Positions 29,277 to 42,747 of a stretch of 64,000 bases of DNA are shown in pieces. A model generated the notes under the pieces. It made no database searches and was not told the origin of the DNA. It worked only from the letters and a program-made list of their open reading frames with translations. The stretch lies in NCBI GenBank assembly GCA_046296715.1, contig JBKBIN010000003.1:8880-72879 (forward strand), given 5' to 3'. The stretch comes from Candidatus Ratteibacteria bacterium. Lineage in GTDB: Bacteria; Ratteibacteria; UBA8468; B48-G9; JAFGKM01. Position 1 is the stretch's first letter, and the number at the start of each line of letters is the position of its first letter. A program made the translations under genes and the position numbers.

Positions 29277-30491
29277 ATGCAACTATTATTAACTTCGAAC
29301 TTTGTCTTGCTTTTAATTATTATACTACTTTTAGTGTTTAAAAGGGAACCAAATACAAAAGACATTATTTTAAAGCAGGATGAAATAAAGGAAAAGATTC
29401 ATAGTTTTTCTAAGGAATTGTCTGAAACACTTTTAAATACAAGGCATCTTTTAAACCAAGAGATAACAAATATTTTAAAAAATACAGAAATGCTAATACT
29501 TGATCAGGTAAACAAAACAATTTCTACTCTTGGAACAACAGATACAAATTTACAGCAAAGAATGGAAAATTTAAGACTTCAACTTCACCAAACATTAACA
29601 GATACTGTAAAAAATTTAACAAATTCAATAAATTCAACCACAACTCATCTTACTTCAAATCTTGATTCAAAACTTGAACAATTGAATAAAAGATTTGCTG
29701 ATACGACAGGATTAATAACAGATTTAAATTTGAGAGTTGGCCAACTAAGTAAAACAGCAGAGGAGTTAAGAAAAATAAACGAAGAATTAAAGATTGCTTT
29801 GACAAGTCCAAAACTTGGTGGAGATATTGGAGAGCAGATTCTTGAAAATATGTTGAAAAATATATTACCAAAAGAAGTATATGAATTACAGTACTTTATC
29901 TCTCCTGGTAATACAGTTGATGCTGCAATATTTATTGAAAACAAATTTATTCCAATTGATGCTAAATTTCCTGTCATGTCTTATAAAAAAATGATAAATT
30001 CAAAAGAAGAAGAGTATGAAAAAAATAAGCAGGAATTTATAAAAGCAGTAAAAGAGCATATAGAAAAAATTTCAAAATATATCCAACCAGAAAGAGGGTC
30101 TTTTAATTTTGCTTTTATGTATATTCCAAGTGAACCAATTTTTTATAGTTTATTGATAAGTGAAGATAAAGATGGAACTTCAATTTTCAATTATTCGTGG
30201 TCTAAAAAGAGAGTTTTACCTGTCTCGCCACAAAGTCTATTTGCATATTTAAATATAATTCTACTTGGTTTAAAAGGTAAAATTATAGAGAAAAATGCTG
30301 AGTATATATTGAAGGCATTTGAAGGAATGGGTAAAATTTTTGATAATTTAAAAGATTCTTTTGAAAAGTCGTTTAAACAGTTGAAATATACAAATTCAAA
30401 CTTTGAGGAAGCAAAAAATTTACTTGATAAATTTGAAACAGAATTTAGAAATTTACAAAAAATCAAAATTGAAAAATTAGAAGAAAAATGA
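29277..30491 (+). CDS. rmuC: DNA recombination protein RmuC
   Basis: N-terminal TM anchor, long coiled coil and a C-terminal RmuC nuclease-like domain (GGDIGEQILENML...). 404 aa. Confidence 0.7.
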   Translation: MQLLLTSNFVLLLIIILLLVFKREPNTKDIILKQDEIKEKIHSFSKELSETLLNTRHLLNQEITNILKNTEMLILDQVNKTISTLGTTDTNLQQRMENLRLQLHQTLTDTVKNLTNSINSTTTHLTSNLDSKLEQLNKRFADTTGLITDLNLRVGQLSKTAEELRKINEELKIALTSPKLGGDIGEQILENMLKNILPKEVYELQYFISPGNTVDAAIFIENKFIPIDAKFPVMSYKKMINSKEEEYEKNKQEFIKAVKEHIEKISKYIQPERGSFNFAFMYIPSEPIFYSLLISEDKDGTSIFNYSWSKKRVLPVSPQSLFAYLNIILLGLKGKIIEKNAEYILKAFEGMGKIFDNLKDSFEKSFKQLKYTNSNFEEAKNLLDKFETEFRNLQKIKIEKLEEK

Positions 30492-30498
30492 AATAAAA

Positions 30499-33078
30499 AT
30501 GGAAAATTATACCCCAATGCTACACCAGTATCATAATATAAAAAAAAATTATCCTGATTGTCTTTTATTTTTTCGTCTTGGTGATTTTTATGAGATGTTT
30601 TATGAAGATGCGAAAATTGCCTCAAAAATTCTTGACCTTGTTTTAACATCAAAATCTGCTGGAAAAAGTGGAAAAATCCCTATGTGTGGTGTTCCATATC
30701 ATGCTGCAGACAATTATATTTCTAAATTAATAAAAAATGGGTATAAAGTTGCAATATGTGAACAGGTCGAAGATCCAAAAAAAGCAAAAGGAATTGTAAA
30801 AAGGGATGTAATAAGGGTCTTAACTGCTGGGACGTATATTGATGAAACAAATCCTGATGCAAAGTATCTTTTTTCTTTATATATAGATGAAAACAATTTT
30901 GGTTATTCTTTTATAGAAAGTGGTGGCTGTGTGATATATACAAATCAAAGTGATGATAAAATTAAAATAATTGAGATTATCTATAAATTACCAGTTTATG
31001 AAGTTATCTATCCATCAACTAAAAAAGAAAAAATAAATGAATTGTTTTCAAATCCTCTTTTAAAACTTAAAAATATAACACTAACTGAAGTTGATGATTG
31101 GCACTTTAATTACGAAATTTCAAGAAAAAATATACTTGATACTTTTAAAGTAAATAGTTTAAGTGGTTTTGGTATTGAAAATTTACAGTATTCTCAAATG
31201 TCAATAGGTCCATTAATTGATTATTTGAGAGAGACAAATAAAAGTGACCTTTTCCATCTTGATAGAATTTCTTTATATAAAAGCGATGAATTTGTTCACA
31301 TTTCACCTTCTGCTTTAAAGGGACTTGAAATTGATCAACTTATAAAAATTATTGATAAAACCAACACACCACTTGGAAAAAGGCTTTTAAAATACTGGGT
31401 TTTACATCCTTTAACAGATATAAAAGAGATAGAAAAACGACTAAATATTGTTGAATATTTTATAAAAAACAAAAATTTAAGAGAAAACTTGAAAAATATC
31501 CTTTCAGATATAAAGGATACAGAAAAGTCGTTGACAAAAATAAGTTATGGTTATGGTTCTGTAAAGGATATTATAGAAATAAAAAAACTTGCAAATAAAG
31601 TAGAAAAAATTATTGAAACTATAAAAGATATTTTTGAAATATTTGATTATTTTGAAATTGAAGATATTCCTGATTTAAGAGATTTGCTCAACCAAGCAAT
31701 TGACGAAAATATACCATCTGTTAATTTTGAAGGAAAGATTATAAAAAAAGGGTTTAATAATGAAATTGATAGATTAAGAGAAATAAAAGAAAACAGTGAG
31801 AGTTATTTAGCAAAGTATCAAAAAGAAGAGATTGAAAGGACAGGAATAAATTCTTTAAAAATTGGTTTTAATAAAGTTTTTGGATATTATATTGAAATTA
31901 CAAAGGCAAATTTAAAATTTGTTCCACCTGACTATATAAGAAAACAAACTCTTGTAAATGCTGAAAGGTTTACAACTATGAAATTAAAAGAATTTGAACA
32001 GGATATATTATCAGCAGAAGAAAAAATAATAAGTATTGAGAATGAAATTTTAGAAAAAATTAAAAAGGAAATATTGAAAAATTCACATAAAATTAATCTA
32101 ATGAACCAAACTATTGCAAAATTAGATGTTTTACTCTCATTTTCTGAACTTGCAATTGAGAATAACTATACAAAACCAATTGTTGATAAAAGCACAACAA
32201 TTGAAATAAAAGAAGGAAGACATCCAATAGTAGAAAGATTTGTTGATAACTTTATTCCAAATGATACATTATTAGATTGTTCAGAAAACCACCTTTTAAT
32301 TATAACAGGTCCAAATATGGCTGGAAAATCAACCTATATAAGACAGGTTGCTTTGATAGTTTTACTTGCACAAATTGGTTGTTTTATACCTGCAAAATAT
32401 GGGAAAATTGGATATGTAGATAAAATCTTTACAAGGATTGGAGCACAGGATGAATTAACAAGAGGTTATAGCACTTTTATGGTAGAAATGTCTGAAACAG
32501 CAGAAATATTGAATAATTTAAGTGAAAGAAGTTTAATTGTGATAGATGAAATAGGAAGAGGAACAAGTACATATGATGGTTTTTCTCTTGCATGGAGTGT
32601 TGCAGAATATTTACAAAGAAAAAAAGTAAGAACACTTTTTGCAACTCATTTTCATGAAATAACAGCACTTGGGAAATATAAAGGAGTAAAAAATTATAAT
32701 GTAGCGGTAAAGAAATATGGAGATGAAATAATCTTTCTTCATAAAATTATGGAGGGTGCAACAGATGAAAGTTATGGAATTTATGTAGCTAAACTTGCCG
32801 GTATTCCTGAAAATGTTATTAAGAGAGCAGATGAAATTCTTACGAAACTTGAGCTTGAAGGGACTATAAAAGATAAAATTATTGGAGAAGTTGAAATTGA
32901 ACATCCATCTCTTTTCACTTTTGAAGAGAAAAATAAGATTAAAGAATTAAAGGAAGAGATTAAAAAACTTGAATCACTAAAAGAGCAAATAAAAAATATC
33001 AAAATTGAAACAATAACGCCTATTGATGCACTTTTAAAACTTAAAGAAATCAAAGAAAAAATAAATGGGAAAGGTTAA
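30499..33078 (+). CDS. mutS: DNA mismatch repair protein MutS
   Basis: MutS domains I-V including the Walker A GPNMAGKST. 859 aa. Confidence 0.95.
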   Translation: MENYTPMLHQYHNIKKNYPDCLLFFRLGDFYEMFYEDAKIASKILDLVLTSKSAGKSGKIPMCGVPYHAADNYISKLIKNGYKVAICEQVEDPKKAKGIVKRDVIRVLTAGTYIDETNPDAKYLFSLYIDENNFGYSFIESGGCVIYTNQSDDKIKIIEIIYKLPVYEVIYPSTKKEKINELFSNPLLKLKNITLTEVDDWHFNYEISRKNILDTFKVNSLSGFGIENLQYSQMSIGPLIDYLRETNKSDLFHLDRISLYKSDEFVHISPSALKGLEIDQLIKIIDKTNTPLGKRLLKYWVLHPLTDIKEIEKRLNIVEYFIKNKNLRENLKNILSDIKDTEKSLTKISYGYGSVKDIIEIKKLANKVEKIIETIKDIFEIFDYFEIEDIPDLRDLLNQAIDENIPSVNFEGKIIKKGFNNEIDRLREIKENSESYLAKYQKEEIERTGINSLKIGFNKVFGYYIEITKANLKFVPPDYIRKQTLVNAERFTTMKLKEFEQDILSAEEKIISIENEILEKIKKEILKNSHKINLMNQTIAKLDVLLSFSELAIENNYTKPIVDKSTTIEIKEGRHPIVERFVDNFIPNDTLLDCSENHLLIITGPNMAGKSTYIRQVALIVLLAQIGCFIPAKYGKIGYVDKIFTRIGAQDELTRGYSTFMVEMSETAEILNNLSERSLIVIDEIGRGTSTYDGFSLAWSVAEYLQRKKVRTLFATHFHEITALGKYKGVKNYNVAVKKYGDEIIFLHKIMEGATDESYGIYVAKLAGIPENVIKRADEILTKLELEGTIKDKIIGEVEIEHPSLFTFEEKNKIKELKEEIKKLESLKEQIKNIKIETITPIDALLKLKEIKEKINGKG

Positions 33079-34771
33079 TTTTTTGCCAGAAGAAGTTATA
33101 AGTAAAATAGCAGGTGGAGAAGTTGTAGAGAGTCCTGCCTCTGTTTTAAAAGAACTTATTGAAAATTCAATTGATGCAAATTGCAAAAAAATTGAAATTA
33201 AAATTGAAAATTCAGGGAAGAGACTTATAACTGTTAAAGATGATGGAGAAGGAATAGAAGCAGATGATATAGAAAAGATATTTGAAAGATACTCAACAAG
33301 TAAAATAAGACAGAAAGAAGACCTTTATAATATAAAAACTCTCGGATTCCGAGGAGAAGCACTTTATAGTATTGGTGCAGTTTCTGATGTGATTCTGAGA
33401 AGTAAGCCAGAGACAAGTGATATTGGTAAAGAAATTCATATAAGAGGCGGGAAAAAATTAAGTATAAGAGAATGTGCTATGTATAAGGGAACAATTGTAG
33501 AAGTGAGAGAATTATTTTTTAACATACCAGCAAGAAGAAAATTTTTAAAATCTGATATTACTGAATTTAGAAAAATTTTTAATATTTTTGTTCAATACGC
33601 AATTGGTTTTCCAGAAATAAATTTTACATTTGAAAATGAAAATAGAATAATTTTAAATTTGGCACCATCTGAAAATTATTTGAAAAGATTTTGCAAAATT
33701 TTAAATCTTGATGAGAAATATCTCTTATACGAAAAAAAAGAATTTGAAGATATTGAAGTTGAAATAATTACAGGAGATATTAATTTAAAAAGAACTCAGA
33801 AAAATATGCAGTTTATATTTATAAATAGAAGACCTGTCTATAATTTTATACTTTCCTCTGCAATAAATAATTTTTATCAGTCATTTTTTTCATCTGAATT
33901 TTTTCCTGTATTTTCCATCTATCTAAAACTCCCAAATCAAAACATAGATGTTAATATCCATCCTACAAAGAGAGAAGTAAAGATTAAAGATGAAAATCAA
34001 ATAGCAAAAAAAATAGTGGATACAATTAATGAAATTTTGGAAAAAGGAAAGGCCAAAAAAGTTGAAATAGAAAAGAAATACCAAAAACAAAAAGAAGAAA
34101 TAATAGGAAAGGAAATAATAAAGGAGGGAAATAATTTAATCTTTCAGACTGAAAAATTTGAAGAAAAAGATATTTATGAATTGTTTGAAGAGAATAAAAC
34201 AGAAAAAATTTTAAGGGAAAAATTAATAAAAAGTGATTTTATTGGCGTATTTAAGTCTAAATATTTAATTTTTCAAACAGATGATTCCTTATTAATGATT
34301 GACCAGCATGCTGCAATGGAAAGAATTAATTATGAAATCTTTATTGAGCAAATTGAAAAAGGAGAAATTCAAATTCAACGACTTTTAACTCCAATCATTA
34401 TTGAGTTAAATTATGAAGAAATGATGATCTGGGAAAAAACAGAAAAAATTTTAGAAAAATATGGTTTTCTTACGACGAGATGGAGTGAAAATAAAATAGC
34501 GATACATGGATACCCTTTGTTGATAAGAAATATTGAGTTTGCAGTGAGAAATATTTTAGATGAAAATGATATAAAAAAGTATGACAAAGAGGAAATTTCA
34601 AAAAGAGCCTGTAGAATCTCAATTATGGCAGGAGAAAAAATTACAGAACAGGAAGCAAAATATATAATTGAAAAACTGGCAAAATGTAAAAATCCTTTTG
34701 TTTGCCCTCATGGAAGACCAATAATAATAGAATTATCAGAAAGTTTTCTTGATAGGCAATTTTTAAGATAA
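33065..34771 (+). CDS. mutL: DNA mismatch repair protein MutL
   Basis: GHKL ATPase N-terminus (VVESPASVLKELIENSIDA) and a C-terminal dimerisation domain. Overlaps the mutS end. Confidence 0.9.
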   Translation: MGKVNFLPEEVISKIAGGEVVESPASVLKELIENSIDANCKKIEIKIENSGKRLITVKDDGEGIEADDIEKIFERYSTSKIRQKEDLYNIKTLGFRGEALYSIGAVSDVILRSKPETSDIGKEIHIRGGKKLSIRECAMYKGTIVEVRELFFNIPARRKFLKSDITEFRKIFNIFVQYAIGFPEINFTFENENRIILNLAPSENYLKRFCKILNLDEKYLLYEKKEFEDIEVEIITGDINLKRTQKNMQFIFINRRPVYNFILSSAINNFYQSFFSSEFFPVFSIYLKLPNQNIDVNIHPTKREVKIKDENQIAKKIVDTINEILEKGKAKKVEIEKKYQKQKEEIIGKEIIKEGNNLIFQTEKFEEKDIYELFEENKTEKILREKLIKSDFIGVFKSKYLIFQTDDSLLMIDQHAAMERINYEIFIEQIEKGEIQIQRLLTPIIIELNYEEMMIWEKTEKILEKYGFLTTRWSENKIAIHGYPLLIRNIEFAVRNILDENDIKKYDKEEISKRACRISIMAGEKITEQEAKYIIEKLAKCKNPFVCPHGRPIIIELSESFLDRQFLR

Positions 34772-34774
34772 ATT

Positions 34775-35401
34775 TTATTTAAAAACAAAACCAGTTTCTT
34801 TCGCCCATAAAAGTAAATCAAGTTCAGCAGGCTTAATTCCAATTTCTTTTGCAAATTCAATAAACTTTTTTTCAATCTCAATATATCTTTTGTAAGATAA
34901 ACTTTTAGGAATTTCTTTTATAACATTATAAATTTTCAAATTTTTTAAAATATGTCTATCAAGAATTGCAATATTATCTCCAAGTCCTATATTCCTTAAA
35001 AAATGGCTTGCTTCTTTCATTCCAAAACCTTTTATGTTTTTAATAAGAAATTTTCTAAGGATATCTATGTCTTTAGTATTTTTTATATAATCTTTTAAAT
35101 TTTCTTGGAAAAATTTTTTTCTCGCTTGAATTATATATTTCGCCTTTTTTTTGTTAAATCTAACTTTTTTTAATTTTTCAATAATCTGTTTTTCTGTTCC
35201 AGAAAAAAGCAAATTTTGATTTTTTAATATTTCTATTGACTGCCAGCAAATTTCTGCTTTTGATTGAGGGGTTAAAAGACAAAAACATAATTCAGCAAAA
35301 ATTTCTTCGTCATTTTTATTTTTTTTAAATTCTTTTAATTTTTTTTCTATTTGAGGCATTAAATTTTTATATAGTTTTTTAAGAGTTTTTATTTCTTCCA
35401 T
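34775..35401 (-). CDS. N-glycosylase/DNA lyase, Ogg2-type 8-oxoguanine glycosylase (HhH-GPD)
   Basis: Start MEEIKTLK at 35401. HhH motif GFGMKEASHFLRNIGLGDNIAILDRHIL with the catalytic Lys and Asp. The ORF-track start at 35572 is an artefactual extension across the 5S rRNA gene. Confidence 0.65.
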   Translation of the reverse strand: MEEIKTLKKLYKNLMPQIEKKLKEFKKNKNDEEIFAELCFCLLTPQSKAEICWQSIEILKNQNLLFSGTEKQIIEKLKKVRFNKKKAKYIIQARKKFFQENLKDYIKNTKDIDILRKFLIKNIKGFGMKEASHFLRNIGLGDNIAILDRHILKNLKIYNVIKEIPKSLSYKRYIEIEKKFIEFAKEIGIKPAELDLLLWAKETGFVFK

Positions 35402-35417
35402 TTTTAAAACAAAAATG

Positions 35418-35536
35418 TCTCTGGCAACACCTACTCTCCCACCTCCTCTCGAAGGCAGTACCATCGGCGTCGGGACGCTTAACGACCGTGTTCGGGATGG
35501 GAACGGGTGTTGCCCTCCCGCTATGGTTGCCAGAGA
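35418..35536 (-). rRNA. rrf: 5S ribosomal RNA (orphan; no 16S/23S in the window)
   Basis: GC-rich 119-nt island. Minus strand reads UCUCUGGCAACC...CCCGUUCCCAUCCCGAACACGG...GUUAAGC...CGCCGAUGGUACUG...GGGAGAGUAGGUGUUGCCAGAG. Helix I is CUCUGGCAAC/GUUGCCAGAG. Conserved CCGAAC, GAUGGUACUG and GAGAGUAGG blocks are present. Confidence 0.85.
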
Positions 35537-35543
35537 CAATATA

Positions 35544-35573
35544 ATTTTACCCAATATTTTCCCTTCTGTCAAG
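35544..35573 (-). promoter_or_regulatory. Candidate sigma70 promoter driving the 5S rRNA gene
   Basis: Minus strand: TTGACA (complement of 35568-35573), 18 nt, TAAAAT (complement of 35544-35549), then 7 nt to the predicted 5S 5' end. Confidence 0.45.
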
Positions 35574-35654
35574 ACTTCCTTAAAAACTTTCTTTCTCTTG
35601 ATAAGATGCTAAACTGGTATCTCTCTATCTTTTCAATAACAACTACAAAGTGCA

Positions 35655-39651
<3,997 letters not shown>

Positions 39652-39695
39652 ATTTATAGTTTAAAACTTGAGTAAAAAAATGTAAAATTTAAAAG

Positions 39696-40550
39696 ATGGA
39701 AAATTTAATAAATTTGTATAAAAAAATTTACAAAATTACAAAAGAAGAATTTGAGTTAGAAAATCAGATAAAAAAAGTTTACATATTTAATGAAATTAGA
39801 AAAACTGGCATTTTATTTATTCCTACTAATTGTACTTCTCTTTTAATTGTTTTACCTGGCGCAGGATTTAACGATAAGTCAAAAAATTTTCTCCTCAAAA
39901 ATTTTAAATATTTAATGAAAAACAATATTGGAATATGTATTTACATTTTAAATGATGGAAATTTAGATAAAGAAGACCATATTTTTTTTGAATATTTTAA
40001 AGAAAAAATTGGAGAAATTAGAGGGATTGTCAAATATGCAAAGGACAAGTTAAAAATAAAAGATATAAATCTTTTAGGAATCAGTTTTGGCGGAGTAATC
40101 GGTTTTATTGTAACTGCATTAGAGAAAGATATCAAAAAATCTATTTTTATTGCTTCTGGAGTTAATTTAGAGTTTATTACATGGAGAAGTTTACTTCGTT
40201 TTAAGTTAAAAAAGGATTGTAATAGAATTGTATGTAGAAAAATGCACAAAGTTTACAAAAATCTAATAAAAAATAATCTTTACGATGAAATTTTAAATCT
40301 TCCAAAGAAGTGTTTTCTCTACGAGCCGATTACATATTTAAATATTCTGAGAGATAGAAAAATATTGATGATAAATGGGATTTTTGATATGATAGTTCCA
40401 TTTTATTGTGCTTTAGAAGTGAAAAAGATATTAAAAAATACAAAAATTTTATGGTATCCATCAACTCATTTAACATTGAGATTTTTCTTCCCTTTTATAA
40501 AGAAGAGAGTTTTAAATTTTTTAAAAAATGAAAATTTACACAGGGATTGA
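39696..40550 (+). CDS. Alpha/beta-hydrolase-fold protein (putative esterase)
   Basis: Nucleophile-elbow motif GISFGG. 284 aa. Confidence 0.5.
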   Translation: MENLINLYKKIYKITKEEFELENQIKKVYIFNEIRKTGILFIPTNCTSLLIVLPGAGFNDKSKNFLLKNFKYLMKNNIGICIYILNDGNLDKEDHIFFEYFKEKIGEIRGIVKYAKDKLKIKDINLLGISFGGVIGFIVTALEKDIKKSIFIASGVNLEFITWRSLLRFKLKKDCNRIVCRKMHKVYKNLIKNNLYDEILNLPKKCFLYEPITYLNILRDRKILMINGIFDMIVPFYCALEVKKILKNTKILWYPSTHLTLRFFFPFIKKRVLNFLKNENLHRD

Positions 40551-40869
40551 TATAATTGAAATTGAAAGGTTTAAAAAAGCATATGAAAAATATAAAGAAA
40601 AGTTTCTTAAAAAAATCTTTTTTAGTGATGAACTTGAATTATTAAAAGGAAATATTATAAAATTGTGTATTTCTTTTTCTTTCAAAGAATCCATATGGAA
40701 AGCGCTACCAGAAAGAATTCAAAAAAAATTACTCTTTAAAGACATAAGAATTGGATGGAATAAGGACAAACCATTTTTATTAAAAGGAATAGAAAATTAT
40801 GAAATCATCTTTTCTTATTCAATTAATGAGAAATATGTAATTACATTTGTCTTATTGACTGGACCCTGA
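40528..40869 (+). CDS. Holo-ACP synthase-like protein, paralogue B
   Basis: N-terminal GIDIIEIERFKKA matches the AcpS signature. 113 aa. Confidence 0.55.
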   Translation: MKIYTGIDIIEIERFKKAYEKYKEKFLKKIFFSDELELLKGNIIKLCISFSFKESIWKALPERIQKKLLFKDIRIGWNKDKPFLLKGIENYEIIFSYSINEKYVITFVLLTGP

Positions 40870-41430
40870 TTCTACAATTAATTGATATGTATCAAAAGCA
40901 ATTCTTAATTCTTCATTTGTAGGGATAACAAAAACTTTAACATTTGAAGATTCTTTGCTTATTTCTCCTTCCTTCCCAATAATTTCTTTATTTTTTTCTA
41001 AATCTAAAATAATTCCAAAAAGTTCCATATTATCAAGAGATTTTTCTCTCACGAGAGGAACATTTTCTCCAATACCACCTGTAAAAATTATTGCATCAAC
41101 TTTGCCAAGCACAGCCATATAACTACCAATATATTTTTTTAACCTATAGCAAAACATATCAATTGCTAAAGTAACCTTTTCATCTATATTATAAAGCGGC
41201 AATAAATTTCTAAAATCATTTGAAATTTCAGAAATTCCAAGTAAACCACTTTTTTTATTTAATATTTCACTTACTTCAGAAACTTTTAAATTCAATCTCT
41301 CTAAAAAATAAAGAACAACTCCGGGGTCTATGTCACCAGATCTTGTTCCCATTATTAAACCTTCAAGAGGTGTTAATCCCATACTTGTATCAAATGACTT
41401 TCCATTTTTAACTGCTGTTATACCTTTCAA
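40852..41430 (-). pseudogene. ackA: Acetate kinase, C-terminal half only
   Basis: Corresponds to AckA from about residue 205 onward (DTSMGLTPLEGLIMGTRSGDIDPG, FTGGIGEN, VIPTNEEL). An in-frame TAA immediately precedes the TTG start. The N-terminal ~200 codons are absent; the hexapeptide-repeat gene ends 27 nt upstream. Confidence 0.6.
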
Positions 41431-41457
41431 TTATTTCAATATCATTCATTTTCCCTC

Positions 41458-42747
41458 CTATTTTGAAATTTTTCTACTTTTTTCAATATAAGTTTTTCTT
41501 TCTGTTTCTGTCATCTCATAAACTTTTCTAATTACCACTTCTTCTTCCTGTAAAAGAATTCTATCTCTTCGTTCCATTGAAATTTTTACTGTTTCTAAAA
41601 AGGATTCAAGTCCGTAACCTTTCATAAATTTCCCATTTACATACCAGATAAAAGAAGGGAAATATTTAGGAAGAATATTATTTGCTGTTATGTTACACAT
41701 AATGCCAACGATTGTTCCAGTATTGAAAAGCGTTCCGATGCTTGTTTTCGTATGATCTCCAATGAAAGAACCTACTTTCAAATGTCCAGTATCTACTGGT
41801 TTCCCATTTAAAAATACAGTTACATTTGAATAATCATTTTTCAAATCACTATTTGTTGTTAAAGCACCAAGATTTACAAATTCTCCAACATAACTATGTC
41901 CTATAAAACCATCGTGATATTTATTGGAAAAAGAATGAAAAATGCTTTCCTCAACTTCTCCACCAATTCTACACACAGGGCCAAAACTATTTCCCTCTCT
42001 TATTTTTGCTCCTGGCATAATCTGTGTTTTTTCGCCTATATATGTGGGACCAATAATTACTGAGAAAGGAAAAATTTTTACTTGTTCATCTATGTATACA
42101 GGACCTTCTGTTACATCAATTACTACGGAAGGATAAATTTCTGAAGTTGGAGAAATATAAACATTATTTTCAGAACCATAAATACATGCTTTATCAGAAA
42201 ATTTTCCAAAAATTCCTGTTTTATTTCTTTTTTTAAATTCAAATTTTAATAATTTTGAGTTATAATTTACTAAATCCCATGGATATTTAATGATAGTAAA
42301 ATCAGTTTTTTCTGTTTTTAAATTGACTAATAGATTTTTCAAAAACTCATTTATATTACCATTCCAATATTTATTAACATTCTCTTTCTTCAACAAACCA
42401 TATACAATTTCATCACCCTTTATATATAACTTCTCTTCTTTTAAATCTATTTCAATTTCTCTATCAATTAACCATCTTCCATTTATAACTAAAACATCAT
42501 CTTTCAAAAATTCATCTTCATTTACTTTATAATTAAACTTTTTCTTGCAAAGGTCTTTCAAATAATCTCTCACAAATAAAATTACTTCTCCTTCGGGTAA
42601 GATAGAGATAATTTTTTCTAAGAGTGAATTTAAACCGCACCTTAATTCAAAAACTGCTTTTAAATAGGAAATAGGTGTAAGATTAACCCAGTTTTGATCC
42701 TCATAAATTAATATTTTCATATTACCTCCCTCTAATTCATTAAACAA
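41458..42747 (-). CDS. Hexapeptide-repeat (left-handed beta-helix) transferase-family protein with a degenerate nucleotidyltransferase-like N-domain
   Basis: C-terminal run of [LIV]G-x-x-x-x hexapeptide repeats. The true start may be MKILIYED at 42720. Confidence 0.55.
   Translation of the reverse strand: MFNELEGGNMKILIYEDQNWVNLTPISYLKAVFELRCGLNSLLEKIISILPEGEVILFVRDYLKDLCKKKFNYKVNEDEFLKDDVLVINGRWLIDREIEIDLKEEKLYIKGDEIVYGLLKKENVNKYWNGNINEFLKNLLVNLKTEKTDFTIIKYPWDLVNYNSKLLKFEFKKRNKTGIFGKFSDKACIYGSENNVYISPTSEIYPSVVIDVTEGPVYIDEQVKIFPFSVIIGPTYIGEKTQIMPGAKIREGNSFGPVCRIGGEVEESIFHSFSNKYHDGFIGHSYVGEFVNLGALTTNSDLKNDYSNVTVFLNGKPVDTGHLKVGSFIGDHTKTSIGTLFNTGTIVGIMCNITANNILPKYFPSFIWYVNGKFMKGYGLESFLETVKISMERRDRILLQEEEVVIRKVYEMTETERKTYIEKSRKISK

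Noticed and set aside
34775-35572. ORF-track call of a 265-aa protein whose N-terminal 57 codons (MTEGKILGKIILSLATIAGGQHPFPSRTRSLSVPTPMVLPSRGGGRVGVARDIFVLK) are unusually Gly/Arg/Pro-rich.
   Set aside because: That segment is the translation of the GC-rich 5S rRNA gene on the same strand. The real protein (Ogg2-type glycosylase) starts at the internal MEEIKTLK, at 35401.
40852-41430. Possibility that in-frame TAA codons (here and at 23214) indicate stop-codon reassignment.
   Set aside because: TAA terminates essentially every other gene in the window at the expected protein C-termini. The AckA N-terminal half is missing regardless of how the TAA is read.
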